A stretch of DNA of 42,368 nt from a virus (IMGVR_UViG_2737471817_000007:1-42368), one strand, 5' to 3'; positions 9,991-20,468 are shown, counted from the first letter of the stretch. Made by a program: numbers and translations. Notes: generated by a model from the sequence alone, not told the origin.

Positions 9991-11069
9991 CAGAACGGAT
10001 CCTCCTGTACTCTGGCTTTTTTCTTTTTCCGCGCGCCGGGGGCTTCGGGTTCAGGCAGATAAGCATCAGGTGGGCCGACACGGATTTCCGTCAGGGTGCC
10101 GTTCTGGTCCTGAGTAAACGTGACTTCCGAGACAAGCAGTTCGGTATTGTCGAAACCACAGACCGGATCGAAGACAATCACCCGCTGGTTGGGCTGCCAC
10201 AGCGTACCGTTACCCTGTCGCCAGCCCTGCACCACATAGGTGGTTTCATCCGTCCGCGCCGCCCGTTGTCGGGCTTCAAAGTCAGCACGCGCAATACAGC
10301 CTGCCCCCGTGGCCTGCCCTGTCTGCCTGATATACATCGGACGGTAACGGGCAATAAATGCGTCCTCTGTGCGGGCCCGCAGCGCGGTGGTGGTGGCCTC
10401 ACCGAAATCATCGTCGTTTCCGGCACGCTGCCCCGCCACCTGGTAAACTGAAAACCGCTCCCGGATACTCTTCTCCGTATCGCAGGAAAGGATGTTTTCC
10501 CCAAGTACCAGCGCGGTATGTGCCCGCGTTGAGCCAATACCGCCAATCACCAGCCTGCCGTGCGGGTCGTCGTAAGCCAGTACCTGCTGCTGACCGAGTA
10601 TTTTGTTGATCACCTCAATCACCGTTTCGCCGTGATCAGGCTGGACGTCAGGAATAACACCCGACGGCGCACCGTTGTTCACCACCTCAATGCCGAAAGG
10701 CGCAGCAAGCGCCTGCGCAATCTGTACCAGCGATCGTCCGTTAAACTGTGTCGGTTCGGCTGCACAGTCAATCAGGTCAGCGGTCAGACTGCGTCCGGCA
10801 ATACCGGTGCTGACCGAACGGGCATCGTAATGAACGGGCGTCGCCTCCACCCAGCCGGTGATCACCAGCTCATCACCAATCAGCACTTCCACTTTTGAAC
10901 CGTTTTTAATGCGCGGCTGAAGCGTGGTGATACCCTCATCTCCCGGCCACTGGCGAGTGATCTCCACACTGAAATCCCGCGCCAGCCGTTCAATACCGGC
11001 ACCGATGCGCACCGATGTCCAGCCATTCCACTCCCGGCCATTTACCCGTAGCGTGACATTGTCGTTCAT
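9990..11069 (-). CDS. Baseplate hub protein (Mu gp44 / P2 gpD-like)
   Basis: 359 aa in conserved position. Confidence 0.55.
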   Translation of the reverse strand: MNDNVTLRVNGREWNGWTSVRIGAGIERLARDFSVEITRQWPGDEGITTLQPRIKNGSKVEVLIGDELVITGWVEATPVHYDARSVSTGIAGRSLTADLIDCAAEPTQFNGRSLVQIAQALAAPFGIEVVNNGAPSGVIPDVQPDHGETVIEVINKILGQQQVLAYDDPHGRLVIGGIGSTRAHTALVLGENILSCDTEKSIRERFSVYQVAGQRAGNDDDFGEATTTALRARTEDAFIARYRPMYIRQTGQATGAGCIARADFEARQRAARTDETTYVVQGWRQGNGTLWQPNQRVIVFDPVCGFDNTELLVSEVTFTQDQNGTLTEIRVGPPDAYLPEPEAPGARKKKKARVQEDPF

Positions 11070-12442
11070 TGCACTGGCACCTTCAGAGGGATCACCGGCA
11101 CAAAGCCGGGATGCGTAATGGCATTACGCCGGATAATGTCCGCGTCACGCGCCGCGTTATCAAACCAGGTCGCCGCCAGCACCAGCGCGGGTAAAACCTC
11201 ATCCGGTGTGCGCTGAATGATCCGTGCAGACTGTTCAAGGCGCGTGTTGATATCCGCATTCAGATCTGCTTTCACCCGGCGCAGCGCCAGAAACAGCGCA
11301 TCACTGGTTGTACGGGACAACTCCTTATCAATTGCCGTATTCAGTGTGTCGCGAATGTCAGTCAGTTCTTCCCACGTCGGCAGGTCAACCGTGTTTTTCA
11401 CCGCCGGTGCATTGTTCAGTGCCGGATGCGTGACGGAAGGCCAGCCAGTGCTCTGCGCGGGTGTTGTTGCCTGCCCCACTGCGGAATTCTGCATCACCGC
11501 GGAAGTTATTGGCGCAGGCAATCGGGTGACGGCATACGCCGCTTCGCTGATTGCGGTCGTACGAAGGGTGCTGGCAACCACGTTACGCTGCTGCGTCGCC
11601 GTGGCGGTGGTTTTACTGTCCGTTTTCCAGACGCCGCGCGGTTGCAGATCGCTGCCGAGGCTGACACCGGAAAGCGTTTTGATCATGGTGACCAGGTCGC
11701 TGGCGTTACCATAAAGGCGTTTCCCGGTACGCCACATTTTCTGCACCTGCTCAACGAAATTTTTGCCTGACGATGGCGGCGGCAGAAGTACCGAGATATC
11801 CCCCTGCAACAGCCTGGCGGCATCCGATACGGCAGAATCCACCACTTTCATCGCATCAGAAACATACCCCAGCATTATGCTGGCATTACCGATAACGTCG
11901 TTCTGCACGAAATCCGCCACACCATCGATACTGAAACCGCTGAAGCTGTCACTGATGCAGTCATCCAGTGCAGAACAGGATGACATCAGCGTCTGCGCCG
12001 TCGCCGCACCTGATGTGGGGTAAGAGAGTTCTCCTGCTTCGACAAACTTCAGGTCAAAGCGGACAATACGTCCTTCACTTTTCGATGTGCTGACCCGAAC
12101 TTCCCCGTCAACACAGACTTTCAGCTCACCATATGTCGGGTGGACAAGCGTGCCGGGACCGGGTTTATTCAGCGCTTCAATCAGGCGATCGCGCTGGTCA
12201 AAGCAGTCATCTCCCACCACATAAGCTGTGATGGACGGGCGGAAAGTGACTTTTCCCAGATCTTCGGTATAGGGCTTGTCGCGGTTCGGGTATTCATGTG
12301 TTTCCACACGGCGACCGGTTCCCGCACTTTCTTCTTCAACCTTAAACGGCACGCTGCGAAATGACGCATCCTGAAGCCTGTCTTTCCACGTCATATAAGT
12401 CCCATATTTATTATCAGTAGTAATATTTACTGGTAATGCCAT
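11066..12442 (-). CDS. DNA circulation protein-like tail protein (Mu N / gp43-like)
   Basis: 458 aa between tape measure and baseplate hub. Confidence 0.55.
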   Translation of the reverse strand: MALPVNITTDNKYGTYMTWKDRLQDASFRSVPFKVEEESAGTGRRVETHEYPNRDKPYTEDLGKVTFRPSITAYVVGDDCFDQRDRLIEALNKPGPGTLVHPTYGELKVCVDGEVRVSTSKSEGRIVRFDLKFVEAGELSYPTSGAATAQTLMSSCSALDDCISDSFSGFSIDGVADFVQNDVIGNASIMLGYVSDAMKVVDSAVSDAARLLQGDISVLLPPPSSGKNFVEQVQKMWRTGKRLYGNASDLVTMIKTLSGVSLGSDLQPRGVWKTDSKTTATATQQRNVVASTLRTTAISEAAYAVTRLPAPITSAVMQNSAVGQATTPAQSTGWPSVTHPALNNAPAVKNTVDLPTWEELTDIRDTLNTAIDKELSRTTSDALFLALRRVKADLNADINTRLEQSARIIQRTPDEVLPALVLAATWFDNAARDADIIRRNAITHPGFVPVIPLKVPVQ

Positions 12443-12504
12443 AATTTGTAGTGGTAGCCATTACCATTTGTAACTATATAAATTATTAGCATTAAGGTGA
12501 TAAC

Positions 12505-12951
12505 ATGAAGAAATTATTAAAATGGATTTTATATATTTTCATCGGGTTGGTGATTATTGGATATTTTGCAGGCAATAACGATAAAGGCTCTAATTCTTCA
12601 TACTCATCCGATACGGAAGCTGCGGCACCGCAAAAAGAAATCTACAACACTACTGCTCGACAGCTGTTTAAAGAGTATGAAGAAAATGAAGTCGCTACCG
12701 ATGAACAGTTAAAAGGTAAATTAATCGCCGTTAGAGGTATCGTACAATCCATTGATAAGGACTTTACTGACTCTATAATTATTAAATTCAGAACTGAAAA
12801 TGAATTCATGCCAGCAAGAATGGAGATGCAAGACTCTGAAAAATCAACAGCTGCTGCTCTTAAAAAAGGAGAACAAGTAACTGTTATTTGCGAAAAAATG
12901 TCCAGAATTGTCGGCTCCCCATCAGGCCGAAATTGCGTGTTCGCACAGTAA
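12505..12951 (+). CDS. Membrane-anchored small protein with a possible OB-fold-like domain; low-GC moron inside the tail operon
   Basis: 148 aa; N-terminal hydrophobic helix (MKKLLKWILYIFIGLVIIGYFAG); opposite strand to all flanking tail genes; AT-rich. Confidence 0.55.
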   Translation: MKKLLKWILYIFIGLVIIGYFAGNNDKGSNSSYSSDTEAAAPQKEIYNTTARQLFKEYEENEVATDEQLKGKLIAVRGIVQSIDKDFTDSIIIKFRTENEFMPARMEMQDSEKSTAAALKKGEQVTVICEKMSRIVGSPSGRNCVFAQ

Positions 12952-12983
12952 GTTCAGGGGGGGGCGACCCTCCCTGTTCGTCT

Positions 12984-14816
12984 TTACCTAAATCTGGTGT
13001 ACCCAACATCGTGATTAATATCAATGCCACTGGAACGTGTTTCCGTAACCCGCATACCTGGTGGCATATTCATAAATGAAACCTTGATCTCGCCATCAAC
13101 TTTTGGCGCGATAGCTTTGTTAATCATGAAGGGATTCGGGCCTGTGGCATCGGAGGCGTTGTTTGACTGAGCCGGATCTACCGCCGGATAAGGTGTGTAT
13201 CCCCGCGTCGGTATTCCCGTCCCATAAGCATCATAAGCACCCGCGCCCCACTGCGCAGAGTTAATGGCATCGACCGTGTCACCGGAACTGTCGGTAAACC
13301 ACTCAATAATTGGCTTCAGCTTGTCCCACATATCCTGAAACCACTTAACAACCGGCCCCCAGTTATTGATCACCATCCCCAGCGGCGACCAGGCAAAAAC
13401 TTTCTTAAGGAGTTCCCAGCCAGCCTCAAAATAAGGACCAATGGTTTCCCAGAGTTTCTTAAAATAAGGTCCGACAACATCCCAGTTAGTGATAATTAAT
13501 CCCGCAGCCAGGGCTATCGCCGTCGCAATCATGCCAATCGGCGTCATCGACATGATCCTGCTGACAATACTGATGGCACCGCCAACGCCCATCAATCCCA
13601 GTTTCAGAATCGCAAGACCGGCAGCAAGCCCGACGACGCCGCGAATAACCCGGGGATTTTCATCCGCAAACTTCGTGAATTTTTCCCCCAACTCCCCCAG
13701 CCATTGCGTGATATTTTTAGCGTCACCAGAAAATGCGCCGCCAATAGCTGCAAGACCGTTAGTTGCGGTCCCCGTCATTGCCTCCCACAGGTTGGACAGC
13801 GTACCAAGCTGAGCCTGAACACGTTTATTCAGGCTGGCCTGTTTATTCATCTTCTGCTGGATCTGATCGTAGCCATCCTTTCCTTTATCGATCAGGGCAT
13901 TGACCACCTGAAGGGTTTCGGCATCATCACCAAATATTGCCTTAAGTACGCCTGTTCGCTTAACGTCGGTCAGTTTTCGCAACTTTGCCAGTTGCCTGAA
14001 CATGTTATCAAGACCGCCAAAACTTCCTTTGCCGTCAGTAAAATCGAGCTGTACCCCGAGTTTCTGGCGGGCCATGACTTTATTGACGTCCCTGATTTTC
14101 TTAACACTTAATCCGGACTGGATAACTTTTCGCAGGGCATTACCTGCCGACTCCCCGTTCATCCCCATCTGATCCATCATGACGCTGATGGGGGCAAGGC
14201 TCTGTGCAGCCTGAAGACCGTCCTTGTTCACCATCTTCAGAACAGAACTGGTTTTAGTGAAGAAGGACAACATGTTGGTATCGTCAACGCCCAGATAAAA
14301 CGCCTTCTGGATAGTGTCGAACAGCCCCATCATGTCTTCTGACGCCGTTCCGGTAGCATCCTGCATCTTTGCAGCAAACTCAGCAGCCGCTTCCGGTGTT
14401 TTTTTCAGTTGTACCGCAAGATAAGCTGTCGCTTTACCCACACCACCCAGAATGTTTTCTGCCGGGATCCCCTGACGCACCAGCATCTGCATCATGTTCT
14501 GGAAATCAGCCGTTGTACCGGGTAGCTGGTTACCCAGGCCAATAGCCAGTTTATTGATGTCCTGAAAGCTCTTTCCAACCTCGCCGTTCGCATCCATCAT
14601 GGCGACTTTCAGCCCGGTAGCGGCGTTTTCCTGATCGGCATAAGATTTCAGGGAAAGCGTCAGCCCCGCTGCCAGTCCTCCACCAAGCGCCAGCCCACCC
14701 TGTGACGCTTCTTCCGCCTGGCGTTTAAATCCCCGGATTTTCTTTTGCATTTTCGACAGCGCGGGAGAAAGCCTGTCGACACCGGTGATCAACGCCTTAA
14801 GCTCAAATTCAGCCAT
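12984..14816 (-). CDS. Tail tape measure protein
   Basis: 610 aa, Ala/Gly-rich with hydrophobic segments, downstream of the frameshifted chaperone pair. Confidence 0.75.
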   Translation of the reverse strand: MAEFELKALITGVDRLSPALSKMQKKIRGFKRQAEEASQGGLALGGGLAAGLTLSLKSYADQENAATGLKVAMMDANGEVGKSFQDINKLAIGLGNQLPGTTADFQNMMQMLVRQGIPAENILGGVGKATAYLAVQLKKTPEAAAEFAAKMQDATGTASEDMMGLFDTIQKAFYLGVDDTNMLSFFTKTSSVLKMVNKDGLQAAQSLAPISVMMDQMGMNGESAGNALRKVIQSGLSVKKIRDVNKVMARQKLGVQLDFTDGKGSFGGLDNMFRQLAKLRKLTDVKRTGVLKAIFGDDAETLQVVNALIDKGKDGYDQIQQKMNKQASLNKRVQAQLGTLSNLWEAMTGTATNGLAAIGGAFSGDAKNITQWLGELGEKFTKFADENPRVIRGVVGLAAGLAILKLGLMGVGGAISIVSRIMSMTPIGMIATAIALAAGLIITNWDVVGPYFKKLWETIGPYFEAGWELLKKVFAWSPLGMVINNWGPVVKWFQDMWDKLKPIIEWFTDSSGDTVDAINSAQWGAGAYDAYGTGIPTRGYTPYPAVDPAQSNNASDATGPNPFMINKAIAPKVDGEIKVSFMNMPPGMRVTETRSSGIDINHDVGYTRFR

Positions 14817-14991
14817 GTGTGCGTTTCTCCTGCTCTATCCTGTTTGCCTGACTGACCAGCAAGGGAATTTCACTGATCGGCATATTCAGCAATTCGAAGG
14901 GATTAATGCGCCAGTAGCTGGCGCAGTCAAAGAAGCGATCAGTGAGGTATTCAGCCGTCAGGCCTGGAGGAAAAAACCAGCCACAAGCCAC
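14809..14991 (-). CDS. Frameshift extension of the tail assembly chaperone (-1 frame)
   Basis: Overlaps the 3' end of 14958-15227; slippery TTTTTTC on the minus strand (plus-strand gaaaaaa about 14970-14976); ends at the tape measure start. Confidence 0.5.
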   Translation of the reverse strand: MACGWFFPPGLTAEYLTDRFFDCASYWRINPFELLNMPISEIPLLVSQANRIEQEKRTHG

Positions 14992-15227
14992 GCCGCTGCA
15001 TTCAGGTCTGCCGGAGACATCTGGTCGACAGAGCTTTGCGGCACTTTCGCCAGCCGCACAATGTATTTCGACACCACATGCGCCAGAAGTCTGACGGACT
15101 CATCCTGATTCATCTGGTAGGGATACCCCAGCTCGCGGACATCTTTCCCGGTGGGCTCATCAAACTCCAGTACGGAGAGTGTCTCGCCATGAGCGGTAAT
15201 CGGTTTCTTTAACTCAAGCTCTTTCAT
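14958..15227 (-). CDS. Tail assembly chaperone (lambda G / P2 E analogue)
   Basis: 89 aa between tube and tape measure, with an overlapping -1 frame ORF. Confidence 0.55.
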   Translation of the reverse strand: MKELELKKPITAHGETLSVLEFDEPTGKDVRELGYPYQMNQDESVRLLAHVVSKYIVRLAKVPQSSVDQMSPADLNAAAWLVAGFFLQA

Positions 15228-15583
15228 TACTGGTAATCCCCTTCTTCACCGTGGAACTCAAGATCGACCGTGCCTTCTTCGGCATTATGGTTCGCTTCGC
15301 CGTGCAGCCAGGCAGACGACAGTACATAGACCTGACCGTTCGCCAGCTCGGCAGTGATGGTCATCTCATCAGACGAGGTGATTTTGCTCACCGGAAAATT
15401 CTTCGGCACCTTGAAGGTCCCTTTGACATAAGGCGCACGGTGAGTTTCCTTGCGGTCCACTGAACCGTCCAGGCCGATGATGTCATCATTGACCGTCCTG
15501 TTCATGGGCACCTCAATGCCGCCGGTCAGCGATAGCTGCTGACCGTCAATTTTGAAATAACAGGTTCCCCCGATACGGGCCAT
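15227..15583 (-). CDS. Tail tube protein (Mu-type)
   Basis: 118 aa immediately downstream of the sheath gene. Confidence 0.6.
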   Translation of the reverse strand: MARIGGTCYFKIDGQQLSLTGGIEVPMNRTVNDDIIGLDGSVDRKETHRAPYVKGTFKVPKNFPVSKITSSDEMTITAELANGQVYVLSSAWLHGEANHNAEEGTVDLEFHGEEGDYQ

Positions 15584-17079
15584 TATGCGGACTCCTCTGA
15601 ATACTGAAGACGGAACTGGTTAACCACGGCAAAGACACGCAACTGGTTAACATAGTCAGGCGGGAACAGCGTGTTCAGGCGGTTCGGATCGCTGGCATCA
15701 CGCTCCACAACCAGGTACTGCTTAAACAGTTCGTAGTTTTCCACGATCCCCGCACGCTCAAGCTGACGGTAGGTTGCCAGCAGTTCCCCTTTGATCACCG
15801 CCGGGGTGACAATCGCCTGACCGGGACCAAAGCGGGTACCGTCACTGGCAAGCTTGTGACGCCCGTACTTACTGGTAATGACAGATTTCAGTTTGCGCAG
15901 TACATACGCGCTGGTATGCAGAGTCTCACTGTCTAGGTAGCTGTTATCCGCAACCCCGTAAGCGTTTTTCCTGTACGTGGTGACATCACGCTGAATGCGC
16001 AGTACCCCGCTTTCGACATACGCCGTTGCCACGCCATGAGACAGCAGGGTCTGTTGTTCGGTCATCGTGAACCGTTTCCCCTTCGGCGCAGGCAGCATAC
16101 CCACCAGCTCACCGGTCTGCGTGGGACGTGCCGGATCGTTGCGAATAAACACCGCTGCGCGGGCGGTACGGCTTGCCGCCAGTTCGTCGGCAGGCGTCTG
16201 GGTCTCTTTTTCGTACCCCGCCAGGGTAATGTGCTGCTGATTAAACTGGTCACCTGCGGTCACCAGTTCTGACAGCGTGCCGATCTTTGCCGTATACACA
16301 TGACCATACAGCTGACGCGCATAGCTCCAGCGACCGCTGGTATCGTTCATCTCGGTCACCAGCGTGTTAACGGAGGCCGTGTCGTTGAACGGCAGGCCGA
16401 TATAATCAAACGGCTCATCCGCCATTGCAGCCACCGCGCCGGTGAGAACCGGAGCACCCGTACCGGCGGTACCCGTCGCCACGGCAATCTGTACGCCCGC
16501 TGGCAGCACTTCGCCCCCACCAAAGCCGTAGTAATTGAGGCTGACAGGAATTTCATTCCCGCAAAGCCCCTTATGACGCGCGGTCAGTGTGACCACGCCT
16601 GCCGAAGATGAAGCCGTAAACGGCAGGGCCGGAACGGCATTGATGGCATCTTTGATACTGCTGGCAATCGTCGTGACGTTATCGCCGTTGGTCACCGGTG
16701 CCTGCACGCGGGTACGTCCCACATAAACATTCACCGTGCCGGTTTCGGTTGCCGCCCCGGTCACCGTCAGCGTAACCGTTGCCGCCGCGCCTGTGGCTTC
16801 CGGAACGGCAATCACATACAGCTCACCAAACGGGTCGGTCTGGCGATAAGCCTCGACCATACGCGCCAGCTGACTTCCCGCACCACAAATCTGGCGGGCA
16901 TAGTCTGCCGACGGCATCAGCACCAGACTGTTGGCAACAATCTCTGCACCGTTATTGGCATGACCAATCAGCAGCGATGCTCCGCTGTCCTGTGCAGTAT
17001 TCGCCGCCTGGTTATCCATTTCCGCATAAAACAGCGGAACCAGCGTATTCGACGGAATGGTGTTAAAGCTTATCGTCAT
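15583..17079 (-). CDS. Contractile tail sheath protein
   Basis: 498 aa; size, position and composition typical of Mu/P2-type sheath. Confidence 0.75.
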   Translation of the reverse strand: MTISFNTIPSNTLVPLFYAEMDNQAANTAQDSGASLLIGHANNGAEIVANSLVLMPSADYARQICGAGSQLARMVEAYRQTDPFGELYVIAVPEATGAAATVTLTVTGAATETGTVNVYVGRTRVQAPVTNGDNVTTIASSIKDAINAVPALPFTASSSAGVVTLTARHKGLCGNEIPVSLNYYGFGGGEVLPAGVQIAVATGTAGTGAPVLTGAVAAMADEPFDYIGLPFNDTASVNTLVTEMNDTSGRWSYARQLYGHVYTAKIGTLSELVTAGDQFNQQHITLAGYEKETQTPADELAASRTARAAVFIRNDPARPTQTGELVGMLPAPKGKRFTMTEQQTLLSHGVATAYVESGVLRIQRDVTTYRKNAYGVADNSYLDSETLHTSAYVLRKLKSVITSKYGRHKLASDGTRFGPGQAIVTPAVIKGELLATYRQLERAGIVENYELFKQYLVVERDASDPNRLNTLFPPDYVNQLRVFAVVNQFRLQYSEESA

Positions 17080-17241
17080 CGGTGTTCACCTTTTTATTCA
17101 CGCGCCGGATATCACCCGCTGCTTCACGGCGCAGCCAGTAGTTGTTCTCGTCAACATTTCGCCCTTCGGCGGGCAAAAGGTCGCCGCGGGCAGGGTCAGG
17201 AACTGACCGCCCTTTAACAGGTTTGACAAACATGAGGATCC

Positions 17242-17802
17242 TCAGGAAGGAAGGGTTATTTCGGTGTGATGTTCGATATCGCCGTCAGGCCCGTTACCGG
17301 GCTCGAGATAATCAACATCAATCGCCAGCGTTTGCAGTTCATCCAGACTGTTCAGATCATCCTGCTGGCGGGTATCGTCTTCAGTCAGCTCGCTGATGAC
17401 CGAAAAATCGAACTGATAAATCAGTTCATGACGATTCAGATCCAGCAGCGTGCCGCCGTCATAGGTAATCGGGTTACCGCACGCTTCCGGGTTCCAGCCC
17501 AGCAGGGCCTTAAAGAGCATCTGCCGGACATCGTCCACCACATCATACGAGGCAAACTGACCGCGCTCATCACGCCCGTTACTCAGTATGACAACCACGG
17601 AGAAGCCCTCTTTCAGCTCCTGCCAGTAGTCGGTCTGGCTTTTGTTTTCTCCCGGAGAGTCATCACCCGGTACCACATACGCCGCCGGGAGTCTCAGCTT
17701 TCCGACCTCCGGCAGATTTTTGAACTGTGCCGCGCCTGCCACCCGGTTTTCAAAATACGGGCAGCGGGCACGCAGCGCAGCAATAACAGGCGTCAGTTTC
17801 AT
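17242..17802 (-). CDS. Tail completion / neck protein (Mu gp37-like)
   Basis: 186 aa between the head-tail joining genes and the sheath. Confidence 0.4.
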   Translation of the reverse strand: MKLTPVIAALRARCPYFENRVAGAAQFKNLPEVGKLRLPAAYVVPGDDSPGENKSQTDYWQELKEGFSVVVILSNGRDERGQFASYDVVDDVRQMLFKALLGWNPEACGNPITYDGGTLLDLNRHELIYQFDFSVISELTEDDTRQQDDLNSLDELQTLAIDVDYLEPGNGPDGDIEHHTEITLPS

Positions 17803-18305
17803 CTGTGTCGTCGCTCCGGCTTCAGTGATTTACGCAATTCCCGCGCCAGAAAATAGCGTGTCCAGCTGCGGTTCTTTTCAAGAGTTTCCACCATGAAGTT
17901 ATTACGTGGAGCCAGTCGCCAGCCGCTGCCACCGGATGCACCACGATGATGACTACGACGACGTTTTGCTCCTCCCCGGACACCAAAAAACAGAAACGCC
18001 GGATAGAAGTCACCAGAGATCATCCGGTTCCCCTTCCCGTTGCGCTGGTTAGGGGCAATGCGTGTCATAAAACCGGCTCGCTTTTTACTGGCTCTCGGCA
18101 CCATATAACCAATCGAACGAGCCAGGCGTCCGGTCTGATAACCGGGGTTTTCACCCGGTGCCGACCGCGCACGGCGCATCACCAGCCGACGGGCATCACG
18201 CATATGACGCTGCCCAATCGTGACAAACGCCCGCCGGACACGGGCGCGGTTAAAGCGCATCTCGGCGGGCTGCTGAACATCAACGTGAAAAAAGGGAGTC
18301 GCCAT
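17799..18305 (-). CDS. Virion morphogenesis / head-tail joining protein (HK97 gp10-like)
   Basis: 168 aa, basic, in connector module. Confidence 0.4.
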   Translation of the reverse strand: MATPFFHVDVQQPAEMRFNRARVRRAFVTIGQRHMRDARRLVMRRARSAPGENPGYQTGRLARSIGYMVPRASKKRAGFMTRIAPNQRNGKGNRMISGDFYPAFLFFGVRGGAKRRRSHHRGASGGSGWRLAPRNNFMVETLEKNRSWTRYFLARELRKSLKPERRHR

Positions 18306-18690
18306 TGCTGCCTCCGTGACTCTGCCTACATTCGCCCAGCTCCGTACACTCCAGCAGCAGAAAGCGCCGCGCCCCGTTCAGATCACGCTGACGTTTCACC
18401 CGGTACACACTGTCATCACAGACCACCTCATAATCAGCAGTGATCCCCCGGCGGTAACGAATGGTGATGTAATGGGTGATGGCGTCCCCGGTCTGCGCGG
18501 TTTCCTGCCAGGTGGTGGCACTGGTCTGGATAACCTTCGCCCATGTCCGGAACGTAACCGGGTATTGAGGCTCCACGCCAAAGTTATCCGCGGGCATATC
18601 CACCCGCTGGCGGATCAGGACGCGTTTATTCAGTTCACCGGGGTCCGGCAGAATGTAGGTTGCGCTGGTCTGCGCCTGACGAATTTTCAT
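18280..18690 (-). CDS. Head closure / head-tail adaptor protein
   Basis: 136 aa in connector module. Confidence 0.45.
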   Translation of the reverse strand: MKIRQAQTSATYILPDPGELNKRVLIRQRVDMPADNFGVEPQYPVTFRTWAKVIQTSATTWQETAQTGDAITHYITIRYRRGITADYEVVCDDSVYRVKRQRDLNGARRFLLLECTELGECRQSHGGSNGDSLFSR

Positions 18691-19010
18691 TGCGGAAAGT
18701 ACCTGTACGGGCCGACAAGCCAGCCAAAACTCTGCGGCATGTCGAGTTTCTCCACTTCCGTAACCGACGAGCGGTTTTCGTAAAAATGGCTGATAAGCAT
18801 CAGCATCCCCAGACGAATATCATCCGGCAGGTGCAGCCCGTCCGGATCGCTGTCCGGAATGGTTTCATCCGGTGCATAGAGCTTCCGGTTCAGATACGTT
18901 TCCGTCCGCTTTTGTGCCGCACAGGCCAGCAGTTGCAGATGGCGGTCATCAGCATCGAAATCCTCATCCAGCCGGAGTTGGGCTTTAATCTCTTCCATTG
19001 TCAGAAGCAT
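18687..19010 (-). CDS. Head-tail connector protein (gp6-like)
   Basis: 107 aa; acidic N-terminal region as in gp6-like connectors. Confidence 0.5.
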   Translation of the reverse strand: MLLTMEEIKAQLRLDEDFDADDRHLQLLACAAQKRTETYLNRKLYAPDETIPDSDPDGLHLPDDIRLGMLMLISHFYENRSSVTEVEKLDMPQSFGWLVGPYRYFPQ

Positions 19011-19012
19011 AC

Positions 19013-19213
19013 TCAGCCCTCTTTACTGGTCGTGGCTTTTTTCTCTTTTGTCGCTTTACTGCTTTTTGCACTGGTTCCGCGCTCTGCTAACCCGGCCTGA
19101 AGTGCAATCTCCTGCACCCGGGCAGGAAGCGCCCCGTCGTCATACTCACCGGCCCGAATGACCTCAACACGCATACCGTCCGGTGACCATTTCAGATCTT
19201 GTTTCAGGATCAT
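19013..19213 (-). CDS. Small hypothetical head-module protein
   Basis: 66-aa ORF packed between capsid and connector genes. Confidence 0.35.
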   Translation of the reverse strand: MILKQDLKWSPDGMRVEVIRAGEYDDGALPARVQEIALQAGLAERGTSAKSSKATKEKKATTSKEG

Positions 19214-19262
19214 GATTCTTCACCCGTCAGAACAGGGGGCGCGGTTCCGCGCCCCTGAGTGA

Positions 19263-20468
19263 TTACGCCGCTGCAATCTTCAGCAGTTTGATGGCCTGCG
19301 AATCGACCAGCATCCCGCCGGTGCGCTTGGTGGTATAAAAACCGACAAACGGTTTATTGGTGTACGGGTCACGCAGAATGCGGGTGCCGATACGGTCAAC
19401 GATGGTGTAACCCCGTTTGAAGTTACCAAATGCAATGGCTTTCGCATCAGCGGCGATATCCGGCATCTGTTCGTTTTCAGCGATACCGTAACCCGCCAGA
19501 GAGGACGGCTGCCCCAGCTCCAGCCCCGGACGCCACAGATAGTTACCCTCGCTGTCTTTCAGCAGACGGATGGCAAACAGGCTGTTGTTGTTCATCATGA
19601 ACTTCGCGCCAGTGCGGTGTGCCTTACGCAACGTGTAAATCAGTTTGATAATGGCGTCTGCGGTCACCGCCGTCGCTTCGCCGGATACAATATGCTGAAG
19701 TTTGCCGAACGCCCGGACCTTATCGGTTTCATCAGTGGATTCATACGCCAGGAACCCTTTCGGCTTCTTGGTGCCATCGCCTGAGGTAAAGGCAATTTCT
19801 TCCTGTTCGGCAAATTCGGTTGCCAGCTCGCTGTTGATCCATGCTTCCACGTTGAAAAAGGCATCATCCAGCATTTTCTGGGTGGCCTGCGGGTTACCGT
19901 AGATTTCCCCCATGAAAGGTTCAATCAGGCCCAGTTTTGAGGTGGCAGTCTGGGAGCGCGCGTCAGTCTCGCCAACCCATCCGGAAGCCGTGCCGCCCAG
20001 ATTCACCAGTTTTTTGTAGTCGGAACCACCAATGGTGATCACCGTGGCTTCCTGACGCATCACCACTTCATCTTTCAGCAAGGTCAGAATGTTGCGATCC
20101 AGCGCTTCCGGCACGGCATAGCCGCCGTCTTCATCGGTGCCCACCTGTAATGCCTTGCGCTCCAGATCGCGCAGACCATCTTCACGGCCTTTACGCAGGA
20201 AGCCCACAAACGCTTCTTTATGCTCGGTGGTCAGTTTATTTTGCGCACCACCTGCCGGACGTTTCAGCTCAAGCAGCTCTTTTTCAAGATCGCTTTTGAG
20301 GTTTTCCAGCTCGCTGAGTTTTCCGTTCAGGGTTTCCACCTGCCCGGCAAGCTTGCCTTTTTCCTGCTCAATCGCATCCACGCGCTTGTCGTTCTTTGCT
20401 TTGAAGTCGTCAAACTTCTGCTGCAGCTCCTGCGCGACCTGTTCGACATCTTTAATATCAACCGCCAT
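19263..20468 (-). CDS. Major capsid protein (HK97 fold, with N-terminal coiled-coil delta region)
   Basis: 401 aa directly downstream of the prohead protease. Confidence 0.75.
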   Translation of the reverse strand: MAVDIKDVEQVAQELQQKFDDFKAKNDKRVDAIEQEKGKLAGQVETLNGKLSELENLKSDLEKELLELKRPAGGAQNKLTTEHKEAFVGFLRKGREDGLRDLERKALQVGTDEDGGYAVPEALDRNILTLLKDEVVMRQEATVITIGGSDYKKLVNLGGTASGWVGETDARSQTATSKLGLIEPFMGEIYGNPQATQKMLDDAFFNVEAWINSELATEFAEQEEIAFTSGDGTKKPKGFLAYESTDETDKVRAFGKLQHIVSGEATAVTADAIIKLIYTLRKAHRTGAKFMMNNNSLFAIRLLKDSEGNYLWRPGLELGQPSSLAGYGIAENEQMPDIAADAKAIAFGNFKRGYTIVDRIGTRILRDPYTNKPFVGFYTTKRTGGMLVDSQAIKLLKIAAA

